The notes under the pieces were generated by a model. The model saw only the letters and a list, made by a program, of their open reading frames with translations. It was not told the origin of the DNA and searched no databases. Below, in pieces: positions 44,220 to 54,186 of a stretch of 64,000 bases of DNA (position 1 is its first letter; the number at the start of each line of letters is the position of its first letter). Location: IMG/VR virus record IMGVR_UViG_3300044966_000489. One strand, 5' to 3'. Source of the stretch: a virus. A program made the position numbers and the translations under genes.

Positions 44220-44866
44220 ATATACAATCAAAAAACCAATACGCAAGATTTTCTGCGTTAAAACAAATAGGCTTTAATCCTAAAAGAATACTAGATATTG
44301 GAGCTTATCAAGGAGAATGGGCATTAATGGCGAAAAATATTTGGCCCGATTCAGAAATAACATTATTTGAAGCAAACAAATTTTGCGAAGCTAAGATAAA
44401 AGAAAATGGATTTACCAATTACTATATAGAGGTTCTTGGGGACGAGAATAAAGAAGTGGATTTCAACGTGTGCCTAACTGGATGCGGAGAAGGGAACTCT
44501 ATCTATAAAGAGCAATCTGTATTTCCATTTGACACAGTGAAGCGTCAAATGAAGCGACTTGATGACATAATCCAAAGTAAATTTGACTTTGTAAAAATGG
44601 ACACTCAAGGTTCTGAAAAAGCAATTATTGAAGGAGGGAAAAATGTTATTGCTAATGCTCCGCTAGTTCAAATAGAAACTCAAGTACAAGAATATAATAA
44701 AAATGCGCCTTTTGTAAACGATATTATTAATTATATGATGTCTTTAGACTATAGGATTCTTGATATAACTGATTTTCATTATAATTCAAGCAATGTTCTG
44801 ATTCAGGTAGACATTCTTTTTGCTAAGAAAAATATGCAGATTTTTAATTTGCCTTGCTATAGCTAA
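44216..44866 (+). CDS. FkbM family methyltransferase
   Basis: ILDIGAYQG, FEAN, RLDD, FVKMDTQGSE, QVDILF. Confidence 0.9.
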   Translation: MNIQSKNQYARFSALKQIGFNPKRILDIGAYQGEWALMAKNIWPDSEITLFEANKFCEAKIKENGFTNYYIEVLGDENKEVDFNVCLTGCGEGNSIYKEQSVFPFDTVKRQMKRLDDIIQSKFDFVKMDTQGSEKAIIEGGKNVIANAPLVQIETQVQEYNKNAPFVNDIINYMMSLDYRILDITDFHYNSSNVLIQVDILFAKKNMQIFNLPCYS

Positions 44867-44867
44867 T

Positions 44868-45419
44868 ATGAAAAACGGCAAAACAGTACTAGCAGAAATT
44901 GGAGTTGGGCCTCTAAGCATGGCTTTTGGAAAATTAGTTTGGGACAGGCCAGACTTAGAAGTTTTAATGTTTGAACCTCATCCAAAATACTATGCAGATA
45001 TAGTTAAAGAGTGTAATGGAAGACCAAACGTTAAAATATTTAATTATGCAATTGGAGATTTTGATGGAGAATCATTTTTTTATGATGACGAAACATCGTC
45101 TTCTCTTGATGGCATCCAATCTCCCATAATTCAAAACGATACTCCAGAGCGAAATAAAAACAAAATAAAAGTAAACGTAAGGAAGATATCTAATTTTGAC
45201 GATGGTTCAATAGACTACTTAAGATTAGATACAGAAGGCGCAGAGTGGTTTACTTTAAAACATCTCGTTAGCAGACCAAGACAAATAACTGTAGAAATCT
45301 ATAACGATCTAGCAACATATATTAATCCTTACTTGCTTGAAATAGAACAATGGGCAGCATTAAACGGATACACTAGAGTAGCTGTACAAGATTCTGATTT
45401 TATTTATGAAAGACAGTAA
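44868..45419 (+). CDS. FkbM family methyltransferase
   Basis: AEIGVG, FEPHP, AIGD, LRLDTEGAEW. Confidence 0.85.
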   Translation: MKNGKTVLAEIGVGPLSMAFGKLVWDRPDLEVLMFEPHPKYYADIVKECNGRPNVKIFNYAIGDFDGESFFYDDETSSSLDGIQSPIIQNDTPERNKNKIKVNVRKISNFDDGSIDYLRLDTEGAEWFTLKHLVSRPRQITVEIYNDLATYINPYLLEIEQWAALNGYTRVAVQDSDFIYERQ

Positions 45420-45696
45420 GCCAATAGAATTTTATCACGAACAAGTTAGCAAAATGATAACTATTACAATTATTAGATCTTTTATAAAAGACTCTAGTTG
45501 TAAAGAGCTTTCCGACATTTTATGGAGAATTTTTCATAAAAAAGAAAGGATTGTTAACAATATAGCTAAGTACGTTAAAGTAATGGTTGAAGAAAAAGAT
45601 AAAAACATTGATGATGTGTTAAACTCTGTTTCATTTTTTGCTTTTATTTTAAAAGAATATGCGTACAAAAACATAGGTCAACCTATTAATAAATAA
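45406..45696 (+). CDS. hypothetical protein
   Basis: 96-aa ORF within the operon. Confidence 0.55.
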   Translation: MKDSKPIEFYHEQVSKMITITIIRSFIKDSSCKELSDILWRIFHKKERIVNNIAKYVKVMVEEKDKNIDDVLNSVSFFAFILKEYAYKNIGQPINK

Positions 45697-45697
45697 T

Positions 45698-46306
45698 ATG
45701 TATCACGAAATCATTCCTTCTTTTATAGATGTGCCTTTTAAATTTCACAAACAGGCTGTCTTAGGGTCAAGCGACAATGATATTCTTTGCGAAGTTAACT
45801 GTTCTTTTTTTGGAAAGACATCTTGTTACGCTTTAGAGCTAATGTATTTAAATCAAAAAAAATGCAAGTTCTACTGTTTTGATTTATTTAATTGCGTTCC
45901 TCACCCTGTTGATGGAGAACCGATAAGAGAAAAAACCCCTTGGGGTGAAGATACTAATAAATGGTTAGATAGAGTTGGCGGCAATCATAAACTTTTAGAT
46001 GCTTTTGATTTTTATTTAGAAAACTTTCCTCATAATAAGCTTCTTACAAGCAGGGCGCAGTTTACTTCATGGCAAGCCGCTCATGAGTTTTTAGATAATT
46101 CCGTCTTCTATGTATTTATCAGATGCTCTGAAAACTATCAGCATACAAGAAATGATTTAATAGATTGGTTCAAAAAAATAAAGACTGGCGGCTCTATCGT
46201 TCTTTTCAATGCCAACAGCGAAGCAGTTAGAGCAATACACGATGTATCAAGAGAATTCGGTCTTAATAGTTCTTTTGAAGAAAACTGTTTTGTATTTAAT
46301 AAATGA
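45698..46306 (+). CDS. degenerate class I methyltransferase-like protein
   Basis: CEVNCSFFGKT, YCFDLF, WFKKIKTGG; the usual D-x-x-H is replaced by RCSEN. Confidence 0.55.
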   Translation: MYHEIIPSFIDVPFKFHKQAVLGSSDNDILCEVNCSFFGKTSCYALELMYLNQKKCKFYCFDLFNCVPHPVDGEPIREKTPWGEDTNKWLDRVGGNHKLLDAFDFYLENFPHNKLLTSRAQFTSWQAAHEFLDNSVFYVFIRCSENYQHTRNDLIDWFKKIKTGGSIVLFNANSEAVRAIHDVSREFGLNSSFEENCFVFNK

Positions 46307-47124
46307 ATAGAATAATCTTAGGAAACCAAGGTCAATTTGGAGACCTATGTATAAATACAGTTGCCTTTAAAAAAATAAAGGAATTGAACCCAGAATCTTT
46401 TCTGGTAATGTCTATTAATAAAAAATATACTGAAATCTCTCCTATATTTTTAAACAATCCATTTATCGATTCTTTAATCGTTTGGGATCAATACGATGGC
46501 TGGCCTAACGAAAAAGATTTGCTGTTAATAAAAAATTATAAAAACACCACTTTATACCATCCCATGCCGCCGCATACTAATAACGCATGGTTTTTAAACT
46601 CTCATCAAACAGAAGAAGCGGCGTTCATGAACGGATACAGCGGGAATAGATTTCCAAATGGCGAGCAATGCATCTTAACAAAATGGTTCGATACTGATAA
46701 AAATTTAAACTTTGTGGCCTTTTCTCCTTTTGCGGGTTTCTATAGTCCCAATAATAAGAAAATGCTATCTATTGAAAACGCTCAAAAAATTGTTAATTTA
46801 ATTAAATCTAAAGGCTATAATGTAATACAATTAGGTGGGTCAAATGAACCTGTTCTTGATGGGGTAATAAAAGAAAACGGTTCCTTTTTCTCTTCGATTA
46901 AAACTGCTCTTTCTTGTAAATTTTATATTGGCACAGACACAGGGATGACTTGGATTTTGTCCGCTTACTCTCATCCAAGTCTTGGTCTTTATTCGTATGA
47001 ATATTACACAAAAGATTATGTAAAAAATATTCAACCAATAAATCCAAATGCAATTTATTTAAGTGAACCCAATGTAAATCAAATAACAATAGAACAAATA
47101 GAAGAATCAATAAAGAATTTTTAA
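46303..47124 (+). CDS. GT9 (heptosyltransferase-like) glycosyltransferase
   Basis: GQFGDL, NNPFID, VIQLG, YIGTDTG. Confidence 0.8.
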   Translation: MNRIILGNQGQFGDLCINTVAFKKIKELNPESFLVMSINKKYTEISPIFLNNPFIDSLIVWDQYDGWPNEKDLLLIKNYKNTTLYHPMPPHTNNAWFLNSHQTEEAAFMNGYSGNRFPNGEQCILTKWFDTDKNLNFVAFSPFAGFYSPNNKKMLSIENAQKIVNLIKSKGYNVIQLGGSNEPVLDGVIKENGSFFSSIKTALSCKFYIGTDTGMTWILSAYSHPSLGLYSYEYYTKDYVKNIQPINPNAIYLSEPNVNQITIEQIEESIKNF

Positions 47125-47125
47125 T

Positions 47126-47725
47126 ATGGGAAATCTAAAAACATTTAATGTAGGATATTTTAAGTCAAAAGTAAATGCAACAGCGTTTTTTGAAACCGGA
47201 TTAGGATCTGGATCAGGATTATTATATGCTTCGATATTTGGATTTCAAACTCTTATTTCTACTGATATTGATAAAAATGCAATTCTAAGATTCAAAAGCC
47301 AATACGCCGAAGCTTTACAAAAAACAAACCAAGTTTTTTTATTTGAGGGCAATAGTGCAGAAGTTTTGGATAAAACGCTTCCTATTATAAGTAACCACAA
47401 TTCATGCATTTTTTGGTTAGATGCTCATTTCCCCGGAGAGACAAGCGGATACTCTTACGAGCATGAAAAAGATATATCGGTAAGACTTCCCCTAGAACAA
47501 GAAATAGAAATTATTTTAAAGCACAGGAAGTCTAATAAGGATATTTTAATAATTGATGATTTGCGTATTTATGAAAAAAGAAATTACGAAGCCAAGTCAT
47601 TAGACGATATAGGTCTTGGACATCTTGCTAAATACGATAATAAAGTAAATGAACTCTTAGCTCAAAAGTTTGATATTTATAAGTTTGATCTAGATACTGG
47701 ATTTGTAGTTTGCCTACCTAAATAA
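47126..47725 (+). CDS. class I methyltransferase-like protein
   Basis: FFETGLG.G, GNS, FWLDAH, PLEQE, ILIIDDLR. Confidence 0.75.
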   Translation: MGNLKTFNVGYFKSKVNATAFFETGLGSGSGLLYASIFGFQTLISTDIDKNAILRFKSQYAEALQKTNQVFLFEGNSAEVLDKTLPIISNHNSCIFWLDAHFPGETSGYSYEHEKDISVRLPLEQEIEIILKHRKSNKDILIIDDLRIYEKRNYEAKSLDDIGLGHLAKYDNKVNELLAQKFDIYKFDLDTGFVVCLPK

Positions 47726-47726
47726 T

Positions 47727-48392
47727 ATGAAAAAATTTGGAATAAGAATGGATGGAAATGAAACTTCTATCGAAGAATCATTTAAGAAATATTTAGAAAC
47801 CAATGAAAGTGATTTTAAATATTTAGAAATTGGTGCCGCTGGCACAGTTTCTATGAAATCAATTTATGAAATTGTTTCTGAAAATATTAAACACAATAAC
47901 TGGGAAATTCATGGTTTGGATTTGCCAAATGGCTGGAGCTTAGATTGGAATCAAATTGCAAACTTTAATCATCCTCTTTGTCTATATATTAATGGAATTC
48001 AGAATTTAGCTAGATTTGATACTTTTGCTAAAGCTTCTTTGTGGCTTCAAAGTGATCCAAGAAAGTGGATTTCTGAACTAAAAGATGAGTCTATTGATGT
48101 GTGCTTTATTGATGGATGTCATGGCGCACCGTGCGTAACAGCAGATTTTAAAGCCGTGCAATCCAAAATTAAAAAAGGCGGAATTGTCTTTTTTCATGAT
48201 GCAGGAGAACCAGAGCAAGGAACAGACTGGCAAGGTCACTGTAATGAATATATCAATGTTAGAAAAGCTATAATAAACCTTGGATTATTTGAAAACAAAC
48301 TTGAAAACTGGCAATTTGTAAACGAAACAAACGGAAGCAGAAAAAATGGAGGAGACGGCAACAGTTGCGTTTTTATTAAAAAAATTAAATAA
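47727..48392 (+). CDS. class I SAM-dependent methyltransferase (Methyltransf_24-like)
   Basis: YLEIG, FIDGCH, GGIVFFHD. Confidence 0.8.
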   Translation: MKKFGIRMDGNETSIEESFKKYLETNESDFKYLEIGAAGTVSMKSIYEIVSENIKHNNWEIHGLDLPNGWSLDWNQIANFNHPLCLYINGIQNLARFDTFAKASLWLQSDPRKWISELKDESIDVCFIDGCHGAPCVTADFKAVQSKIKKGGIVFFHDAGEPEQGTDWQGHCNEYINVRKAIINLGLFENKLENWQFVNETNGSRKNGGDGNSCVFIKKIK

Positions 48393-48394
48393 AT

Positions 48395-48952
48395 ATGAAT
48401 CAATATCTTAATCATTTTTTAAACTCAAAGGGAAATAGAGATTTAATATTTCAAGACGCATTAAACTCTTTTTCTGGAAAGTCTATTCGCATTCTTGAAA
48501 TTGGAGCCACAAGAAATTTAGACAATTATTCTAGAATGGCTGATGGCTGGAGTTCTCTGCATTATTATTCTTATATAAAAAAGAATGGAGGATCTTTGAC
48601 TATTTGCGACATAAGCGAATCTTCATTGAGCAATTGCAAAAAACTTTTTGAAAACCTAACATCAGATGTTGATGTAAAGTTTCTTTTAGCTGATGGTACA
48701 GCTTTAATAGATGATTCGTATGATCTTATTTATTTAGATGGAGGAGATGATCCAAAAGACATGGTAACTCAGCTTTCCAAAATTAATCTTAATTCTCAAA
48801 AAGTCCTATGCGATGACTTTCATACAAAAGGGTCTATAGCTAGAAATATTTTTTCAAATTGTACTCTTTATAAATGGGAAGGTCATAGTCACGAAATGGC
48901 TTTTTACAGACAGAATTACAAAGGGGTTATTTTTTGCAGTACCATACAGTAA
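48395..48952 (+). CDS. class I SAM-dependent methyltransferase
   Basis: ILEIGATR, DGWSS, DLIYLDG, LCDD. Confidence 0.75.
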   Translation: MNQYLNHFLNSKGNRDLIFQDALNSFSGKSIRILEIGATRNLDNYSRMADGWSSLHYYSYIKKNGGSLTICDISESSLSNCKKLFENLTSDVDVKFLLADGTALIDDSYDLIYLDGGDDPKDMVTQLSKINLNSQKVLCDDFHTKGSIARNIFSNCTLYKWEGHSHEMAFYRQNYKGVIFCSTIQ

Positions 48953-49807
48953 ATGAAAATTGCAAGCTTTGGTGCCGAACATTTTCTTGGTCAACTTCCT
49001 AGGATAAGAGAAGGTTGGCAATTTTTAGGTCATGAATGCTGCGAAGGCAAGACCGATATAATCTATTCTAATGACCCTTCTGGGTACGACAAAGCAATAC
49101 AAGCAAAAGAAGTTTATGGCGGAATACTTATTTTAAATGTTTTAGATATCCCTTTTCATCTTAATGAAATAAACAAAATACTTAATGAACTAAAACCAAA
49201 ACTTCAAAAAGCAGACATAATAACATCAATAAGTAAAACTACCGCTTTAGCTTTAAAAAAATACTTAGGGCTAAACTCTTATGTAATTTATAACCCAATA
49301 AAAGATGTAAGCTTTTTTAATTTAAAAAAAGAACACGCTTTTATGTCTGTTGGAAGACTAGCGGACCCAAATAAAAGATTTTATTTGACATTAAACTCTG
49401 TAAGCTTATTCAATCAAAAAATAAATATATTTGGATCAGATACTATTAATGTTCAAAACGACAAAATAAATGGACACGGCATAGTCTCAGACGAAGTGCT
49501 AGAAAAGTTTTATAACACCACAAAATTTTATCTAGCCACTTCTTATAACGAAGGATTGTGCCTCCCGATGATAGAGGCATTAGTTTGCGGCTGCATTCCA
49601 ATCGTATGCCGAGACATGACTACAGCAGAGGAATTTATTCCAGAAGAATTTTTATGTGATCCAGATCACAATAAAATAGCAGAAAAAATCTCAATAATTA
49701 ATCAAGAGTATGATTTATACCTTAAAATAGCATTAGCATTTGGAAAAAAGTACTCTAAAATATTTAACAAAAACTCTATAGCTAATAATATATTAAATCT
49801 ACTATGA
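48953..49807 (+). CDS. GT4-like glycosyltransferase
   Basis: VGRL.DPNKR, SYNEGLCLPMIEALVCG. Confidence 0.85.
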   Translation: MKIASFGAEHFLGQLPRIREGWQFLGHECCEGKTDIIYSNDPSGYDKAIQAKEVYGGILILNVLDIPFHLNEINKILNELKPKLQKADIITSISKTTALALKKYLGLNSYVIYNPIKDVSFFNLKKEHAFMSVGRLADPNKRFYLTLNSVSLFNQKINIFGSDTINVQNDKINGHGIVSDEVLEKFYNTTKFYLATSYNEGLCLPMIEALVCGCIPIVCRDMTTAEEFIPEEFLCDPDHNKIAEKISIINQEYDLYLKIALAFGKKYSKIFNKNSIANNILNLL

Positions 49808-50565
49808 AAATAGGAATTCTAGGTTGTGGATATGACTGTGTTAACGATTTGGAACAGAGGCTAAAACCTTGGTTTGAAGCAGCGAAAGAATTTAATATTG
49901 TCTTTTCTTTTGTGTCTTGTATGTTTAAGGAATATAAAGACTTAAACGTTAACATAGACAATTCAAAAACAATTGAGTATTTTAACAATTTAAAAAGCAA
50001 TGGCACGATACAGCATTTCAATACCTCTTCAGAAGCTCTGCTTGAATCTGATGCAAGAAACTTAGCTTTATTTCCTCTATTATCTGACAATGTTGACTGC
50101 GTTTGGTTGCTAGATCTAAGTGATGAGTATTATTCTTTGAATGATATTAAGTCGATTATTTCTTATATTAAAAACGATAAGTTCAATCAATGGTACGGAA
50201 TTAATTTTAAAAACTACATCCTAGACGGAAAGCAATGGGTTGATGATTTCTGCCCACCAAGAATTTTCTTTAATTCAAGAGGATTAAAGATTGCTAAGTT
50301 TTACTGGGATAATGATCTTATTTATTCTAATGGTCGTGATGAATTAAACTATAAGTACTTAGTTAATCAAAAAATACCAAAACATTTTGCCCACGTTCGC
50401 CATATGACTTGGCTTCATTCCAATGGCAAACTAAAAGTAGAATATCAGAACAGGCACTTTGGGCATTGTTCATATAAATGGAATGATGCAAAAAATGAAT
50501 TAGAAATCGATAGAAACTTTTTTGTAAAAAATAATATCCCGCAACCTATAATACATTTAGATTAA
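49804..50565 (+). CDS. putative GT-A fold glycosyltransferase
   Basis: E.DARN.AL, WLLDLSDE, PPRIF, VRHMTW. Confidence 0.6.
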   Translation: MKIGILGCGYDCVNDLEQRLKPWFEAAKEFNIVFSFVSCMFKEYKDLNVNIDNSKTIEYFNNLKSNGTIQHFNTSSEALLESDARNLALFPLLSDNVDCVWLLDLSDEYYSLNDIKSIISYIKNDKFNQWYGINFKNYILDGKQWVDDFCPPRIFFNSRGLKIAKFYWDNDLIYSNGRDELNYKYLVNQKIPKHFAHVRHMTWLHSNGKLKVEYQNRHFGHCSYKWNDAKNELEIDRNFFVKNNIPQPIIHLD

Positions 50566-50904
50566 ATGATTAACATTTGCGTAGATGAAGCTTATGCTTT
50601 TGATTATTTAAGCATATTACAAATAAAGAGCAGTCGTTCAGAACAAGCTAAACAAGCTTGGCAAAACTGCTATAATTATCTAAAAGCGCAATTGCCAAAT
50701 GACTTGTTTATCCAAATTATTAACTCACAAGAATATGAAAATCTGCTATCAGTTAATAAGAAAACTTTTGATGCTGTTGAGCTTGCTAGATATGGTAATA
50801 TCTCAGCAAAAGAAGTTGATAACGCAAACATGGAAAGACATCACGCGAAAGTAGTGTTACAAAAAAGATTTTTTCTCACTAATCTAACGGAACAAAAAAC
50901 ATGA
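50566..50904 (+). CDS. hypothetical helical protein of glycan clusters
   Basis: DYLSILQIK...VN...N.ER..AK pattern. Confidence 0.6.
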   Translation: MINICVDEAYAFDYLSILQIKSSRSEQAKQAWQNCYNYLKAQLPNDLFIQIINSQEYENLLSVNKKTFDAVELARYGNISAKEVDNANMERHHAKVVLQKRFFLTNLTEQKT

Positions 50905-51950
50905 AAAACGTAATAATTACAGGAATTTCTGGCCAAGATGGTTCTTACATGGTAGACTATCTTATTGAGAATACTAATCTTAATATATTTGGAGCCGTTA
51001 GGAGACTTTCTAAACCAAACTATTCTAATTTTCAACAGCATCTTAATAATAAAAGATTTAACTTGGTGACTCTTGATCTTTCTGATTCTCAATCTATTGA
51101 TAATGTGGTAAGAGAAGTTAAGCCTGATTATTTTATTAATTTCGCTGCTCAATCTTTCGTAGGCTCAAGCTGGCAAATTCCAGAACAAACGTTTGACGCA
51201 GGAGCTATGGGCGTGATAAGATGCCTTGAGGCCATTCATAAACACTCTCCTTCTTGCAGATTTTATAACGCTGGAAGCTCTGAAGAGTTTGGAGATGTAA
51301 AGTATGCTCCTCAAGATGAAAAGCATCCTCTTTCACCAAGATCTCCTTATGGTGCTGCAAAATGCGCCGCAAGACACATTGTTAAAGTGTATCGTGAGTC
51401 TTACAATCTTTTTGCAATTCAAGGATATCTTTTTAATCACGAATCTCCAAGAAGAGGAGAAGAGTTTGTAACTAGAAAAGTTACTAAAGGCGTATCAAGA
51501 ATTATTAAGGCCATTAAAAAAGGAGAATCATTTGAACCAATTCGTCTTGGAAATGTTGACGCAAAGAGAGACTGGAGTCATGCTTTTGATTTCGTAGATG
51601 GTGTTTGGAAGATGTTAAATCAAGAAAAGCCAAACGAATACGTTCTCTCTAGCAATGAAACTCATACAATTAGAGAATTTATTGAGCTTGCTTTTAAAGA
51701 AGTAGGAGTAGAAGGTTTTTGGCATGGACAAGGCACTAATGAAGAATATTCTATTTCGACTGAATACGCCATCAGGAACGAAGTCAACTCATCTGTACTG
51801 GTCAAAATCGATCCAAAGTTCTTTCGACCAGCAGAAGTTGAGCTTTTGCTTGGTGACTCAAATAGAGCTAGACAAGAACTTGGCTGGAATCCAAAATGGT
51901 CCTTCCGCCAATTAGTAAAGGATATGGTCGCTTCTGATTTGAACTCTTAA
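50901..51950 (+). CDS. gmd: GDP-mannose 4,6-dehydratase
   Basis: ITGISGQDGSY, AAQSFV, SSEEFG, PRSPYGAAK, FNHESPRRG.EFVTRK, RDWSHA, RPAEV. Confidence 0.96.
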   Translation: MKNVIITGISGQDGSYMVDYLIENTNLNIFGAVRRLSKPNYSNFQQHLNNKRFNLVTLDLSDSQSIDNVVREVKPDYFINFAAQSFVGSSWQIPEQTFDAGAMGVIRCLEAIHKHSPSCRFYNAGSSEEFGDVKYAPQDEKHPLSPRSPYGAAKCAARHIVKVYRESYNLFAIQGYLFNHESPRRGEEFVTRKVTKGVSRIIKAIKKGESFEPIRLGNVDAKRDWSHAFDFVDGVWKMLNQEKPNEYVLSSNETHTIREFIELAFKEVGVEGFWHGQGTNEEYSISTEYAIRNEVNSSVLVKIDPKFFRPAEVELLLGDSNRARQELGWNPKWSFRQLVKDMVASDLNS

Positions 51951-51951
51951 A

Positions 51952-52344
51952 ATGGCAAATTGTAAAGACATTGTTGTAAAATTTGTAAAAGAAGGACATA
52001 TAGACTGGTCTAGGGATATGAAAGCCGCTTCAAGGCTTTTGAAAAAATTCCCTAATAAGGATTTTTGGGATTGGGTCGAGCCTTATCCCTTGGTTCCTAA
52101 TCTTCACTTTTTACAGTCCAAAGAGAGTTTAGAAATACTAAACAATAGATATAAGCTTTTTCTTCAACAAAAAGACCTCAAGGAGTCTAAAGAAAAGCTC
52201 AAAGAAAGCTTTGACTCAAAGCTTGCGGTAGGCTATAATGAACTAAGCGGCAAAGTGGGCGAAGATATTCCCATTGTAAAAAAGCCCAAAACTTTAAAAG
52301 AATTCCTGAATTATGGCAAGACCTCCGAAACAGCAGCAAGCTGA
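51952..52344 (+). CDS. hypothetical protein
   Basis: 130-aa ORF. Confidence 0.65.
   Translation: MANCKDIVVKFVKEGHIDWSRDMKAASRLLKKFPNKDFWDWVEPYPLVPNLHFLQSKESLEILNNRYKLFLQQKDLKESKEKLKESFDSKLAVGYNELSGKVGEDIPIVKKPKTLKEFLNYGKTSETAAS
52211..52239 (+). promoter_or_regulatory. sigma70 promoter for the recombination/replication operon
   Basis: TTGACT-17nt-TATAAT upstream of recA, inside the preceding ORF. Confidence 0.7.
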
Positions 52345-53464
52345 AGAAAAAGTATCAACAGTTGGAGCTTCAAGCAGACTCCAAGCGATTTTAAATAATA
52401 AAGATCATAAAGATGATCATTTTAATTTTGAAGAAGCAGTTACTTGGAAGATCTCGACTGGCAGTCTTCTCTTGGATGCAGCAGTTGGTGGAGGCATCAC
52501 TCCTTCTCTAATTCGTCTTTGCGGACCAAATAACGAAGGCAAAACTCCGCAAGCTCTAGAAATTTGCAGAAATTTCCTTGCAGAAATCCCCAAGAGCAGA
52601 GTAGTTTGGGTGTTGGCAGAAGGACGTTTGTCCAAGGAGAACAGAGAGCGTTGCGGGATGAAGTTCGTTACCGACGCTTCTGAATGGACTGACGGCTCTG
52701 TCTTCATTCTAGAATCAAATGTCTATGATTTAGTAATTGACGTTATTAAAGATCTTGTTCTTAATAATGCAGAAGATCATCGCTATTGTTTTGTAATTGA
52801 TTCGATGGATGGCCTTATCTTGAAGAGAGACAAGGACACTAGTCCAGCAGATGCAAGCAAAGTCGCTGGAACTCAAGTCATCAGTAAAAAGCTTTTGCAG
52901 TCACTAAGTATTGGAATGTTCAAGCACGGTCACTTGATGATTGCTATTAGTCAGATTACTTCTGAAATTAAGATCGATCCTTATGCCAAGAATGCTCCAA
53001 GAGGAGGAATGTTTAGCGGCGGAAATGCGCTCTTGCATTGGGCAGACTTCATCCTAGAGTATAGCCCAACAGCGATGGGAGACTACATTCTCGACAATCC
53101 ATCTGGCAAAATGAATGATGGTAAGACTAAATCAATTGGAAAATATTCCAAAGTAATGATTCAGAAGTCTACCAGCGAAGCTACTCGCAAGAACATTATT
53201 CAGTATCCAATTAAATTCGGTAAAAAGCCCTCCGGTATTTGGGTCGAGTATGAGATTCTTGATTGCTTGTTGATGTGGGATCTTGTTGTTGCAAAAGGCG
53301 CATGGATCACCGTTGATGATTCTTTAATTGAAGAATTGAAGACTGTTGGAATTGATATGCCAAAGCAACATCAAGGAAGAGAGAATTTCAGAAAATGGCT
53401 TGAAGAAAATGCTGACGCAACTAAGCATTTGTTCAATAAGCTTAAAGCTGTTCAATCAAAATGA
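52313..53464 (+). CDS. recA: RecA/UvsX-like recombinase
   Basis: ISTGSLLLD..VGGG, GPNNEGKT Walker A, VIDS Walker B, ISQ, GGNAL, KGAW. Confidence 0.88.
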   Translation: MARPPKQQQAEEKVSTVGASSRLQAILNNKDHKDDHFNFEEAVTWKISTGSLLLDAAVGGGITPSLIRLCGPNNEGKTPQALEICRNFLAEIPKSRVVWVLAEGRLSKENRERCGMKFVTDASEWTDGSVFILESNVYDLVIDVIKDLVLNNAEDHRYCFVIDSMDGLILKRDKDTSPADASKVAGTQVISKKLLQSLSIGMFKHGHLMIAISQITSEIKIDPYAKNAPRGGMFSGGNALLHWADFILEYSPTAMGDYILDNPSGKMNDGKTKSIGKYSKVMIQKSTSEATRKNIIQYPIKFGKKPSGIWVEYEILDCLLMWDLVVAKGAWITVDDSLIEELKTVGIDMPKQHQGRENFRKWLEENADATKHLFNKLKAVQSK

Positions 53465-53880
53465 AGCTTTATTCTGTAACCGGCAGAATAATTAACAAAA
53501 ATGTTTCTCAATTTTTAATAGATTGGGAAAAAGAGTCTCGTTCTAAAATTCAATTTCAAGTAAAGCAATTCTTGAAACCATTTTGGAAGACTCACGTTTG
53601 TTATGAAGAGTTTCCGGTTTTCGGAAGCAGAATGAAGGTTGATTTCATTAACATCTCTCGCAAAATAGCAATAGAAGTAAATGGCGACCAGCATTCTTCT
53701 TTTAATAAATTCTTTCATAACAACTCAAGATTAAATTACCTTAATTCTATTAAGAGAGACTACAAAAAGTCTGTGTGGCTAGAGAAGAATGGCTTTCAAC
53801 TAATAGAATTAGAGACCAGCGACTTAAATAAATTAAGCTATGATTACATAAATCATACATTTAATATATCGTTGGTGTAA
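53461..53880 (+). CDS. DUF559/Vsr-like endonuclease
   Basis: EEFP, VDF, IAIEVNGDQH, RDYKK..W...NG. Confidence 0.8.
   Translation: MKLYSVTGRIINKNVSQFLIDWEKESRSKIQFQVKQFLKPFWKTHVCYEEFPVFGSRMKVDFINISRKIAIEVNGDQHSSFNKFFHNNSRLNYLNSIKRDYKKSVWLEKNGFQLIELETSDLNKLSYDYINHTFNISLV
53875..53880 (+). promoter_or_regulatory. phage-specific GTGTAA promoter motif
   Basis: GTGTAATATA overlapping the upstream stop codon, 8 nt before the next start. Confidence 0.5.
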
Positions 53881-53888
53881 TATAATCT

Positions 53889-54170
53889 GTGGCAAAAAAT
53901 AAAGAATTTCATTTCCCAGATAGCATTCTATCACAGATAGATGAATGCTCGCAGGGAGGATTCTTGCTGTTTACCTTTGACAAAAAGGGTATGCCTGAAG
54001 TAAGGTCTAAATTCGATAATGCACAAAACGCAATGGCGATGCATTATTATATTAATAATTGGCTTAGTGCTGTTGAGCAGATTAATTTAGAGAACACTAT
54101 TCACAACATTATTGCCTCTGATCAAGAAGATGAAGACGGTGAAGATGAAGACGGTCCTACTAGTAAGTAA
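53889..54170 (+). CDS. hypothetical protein with acidic tail
   Basis: 93-aa ORF. Confidence 0.65.
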   Translation: MAKNKEFHFPDSILSQIDECSQGGFLLFTFDKKGMPEVRSKFDNAQNAMAMHYYINNWLSAVEQINLENTIHNIIASDQEDEDGEDEDGPTSK

Positions 54171-54186
54171 CTCTTTTTTTAGTTAA

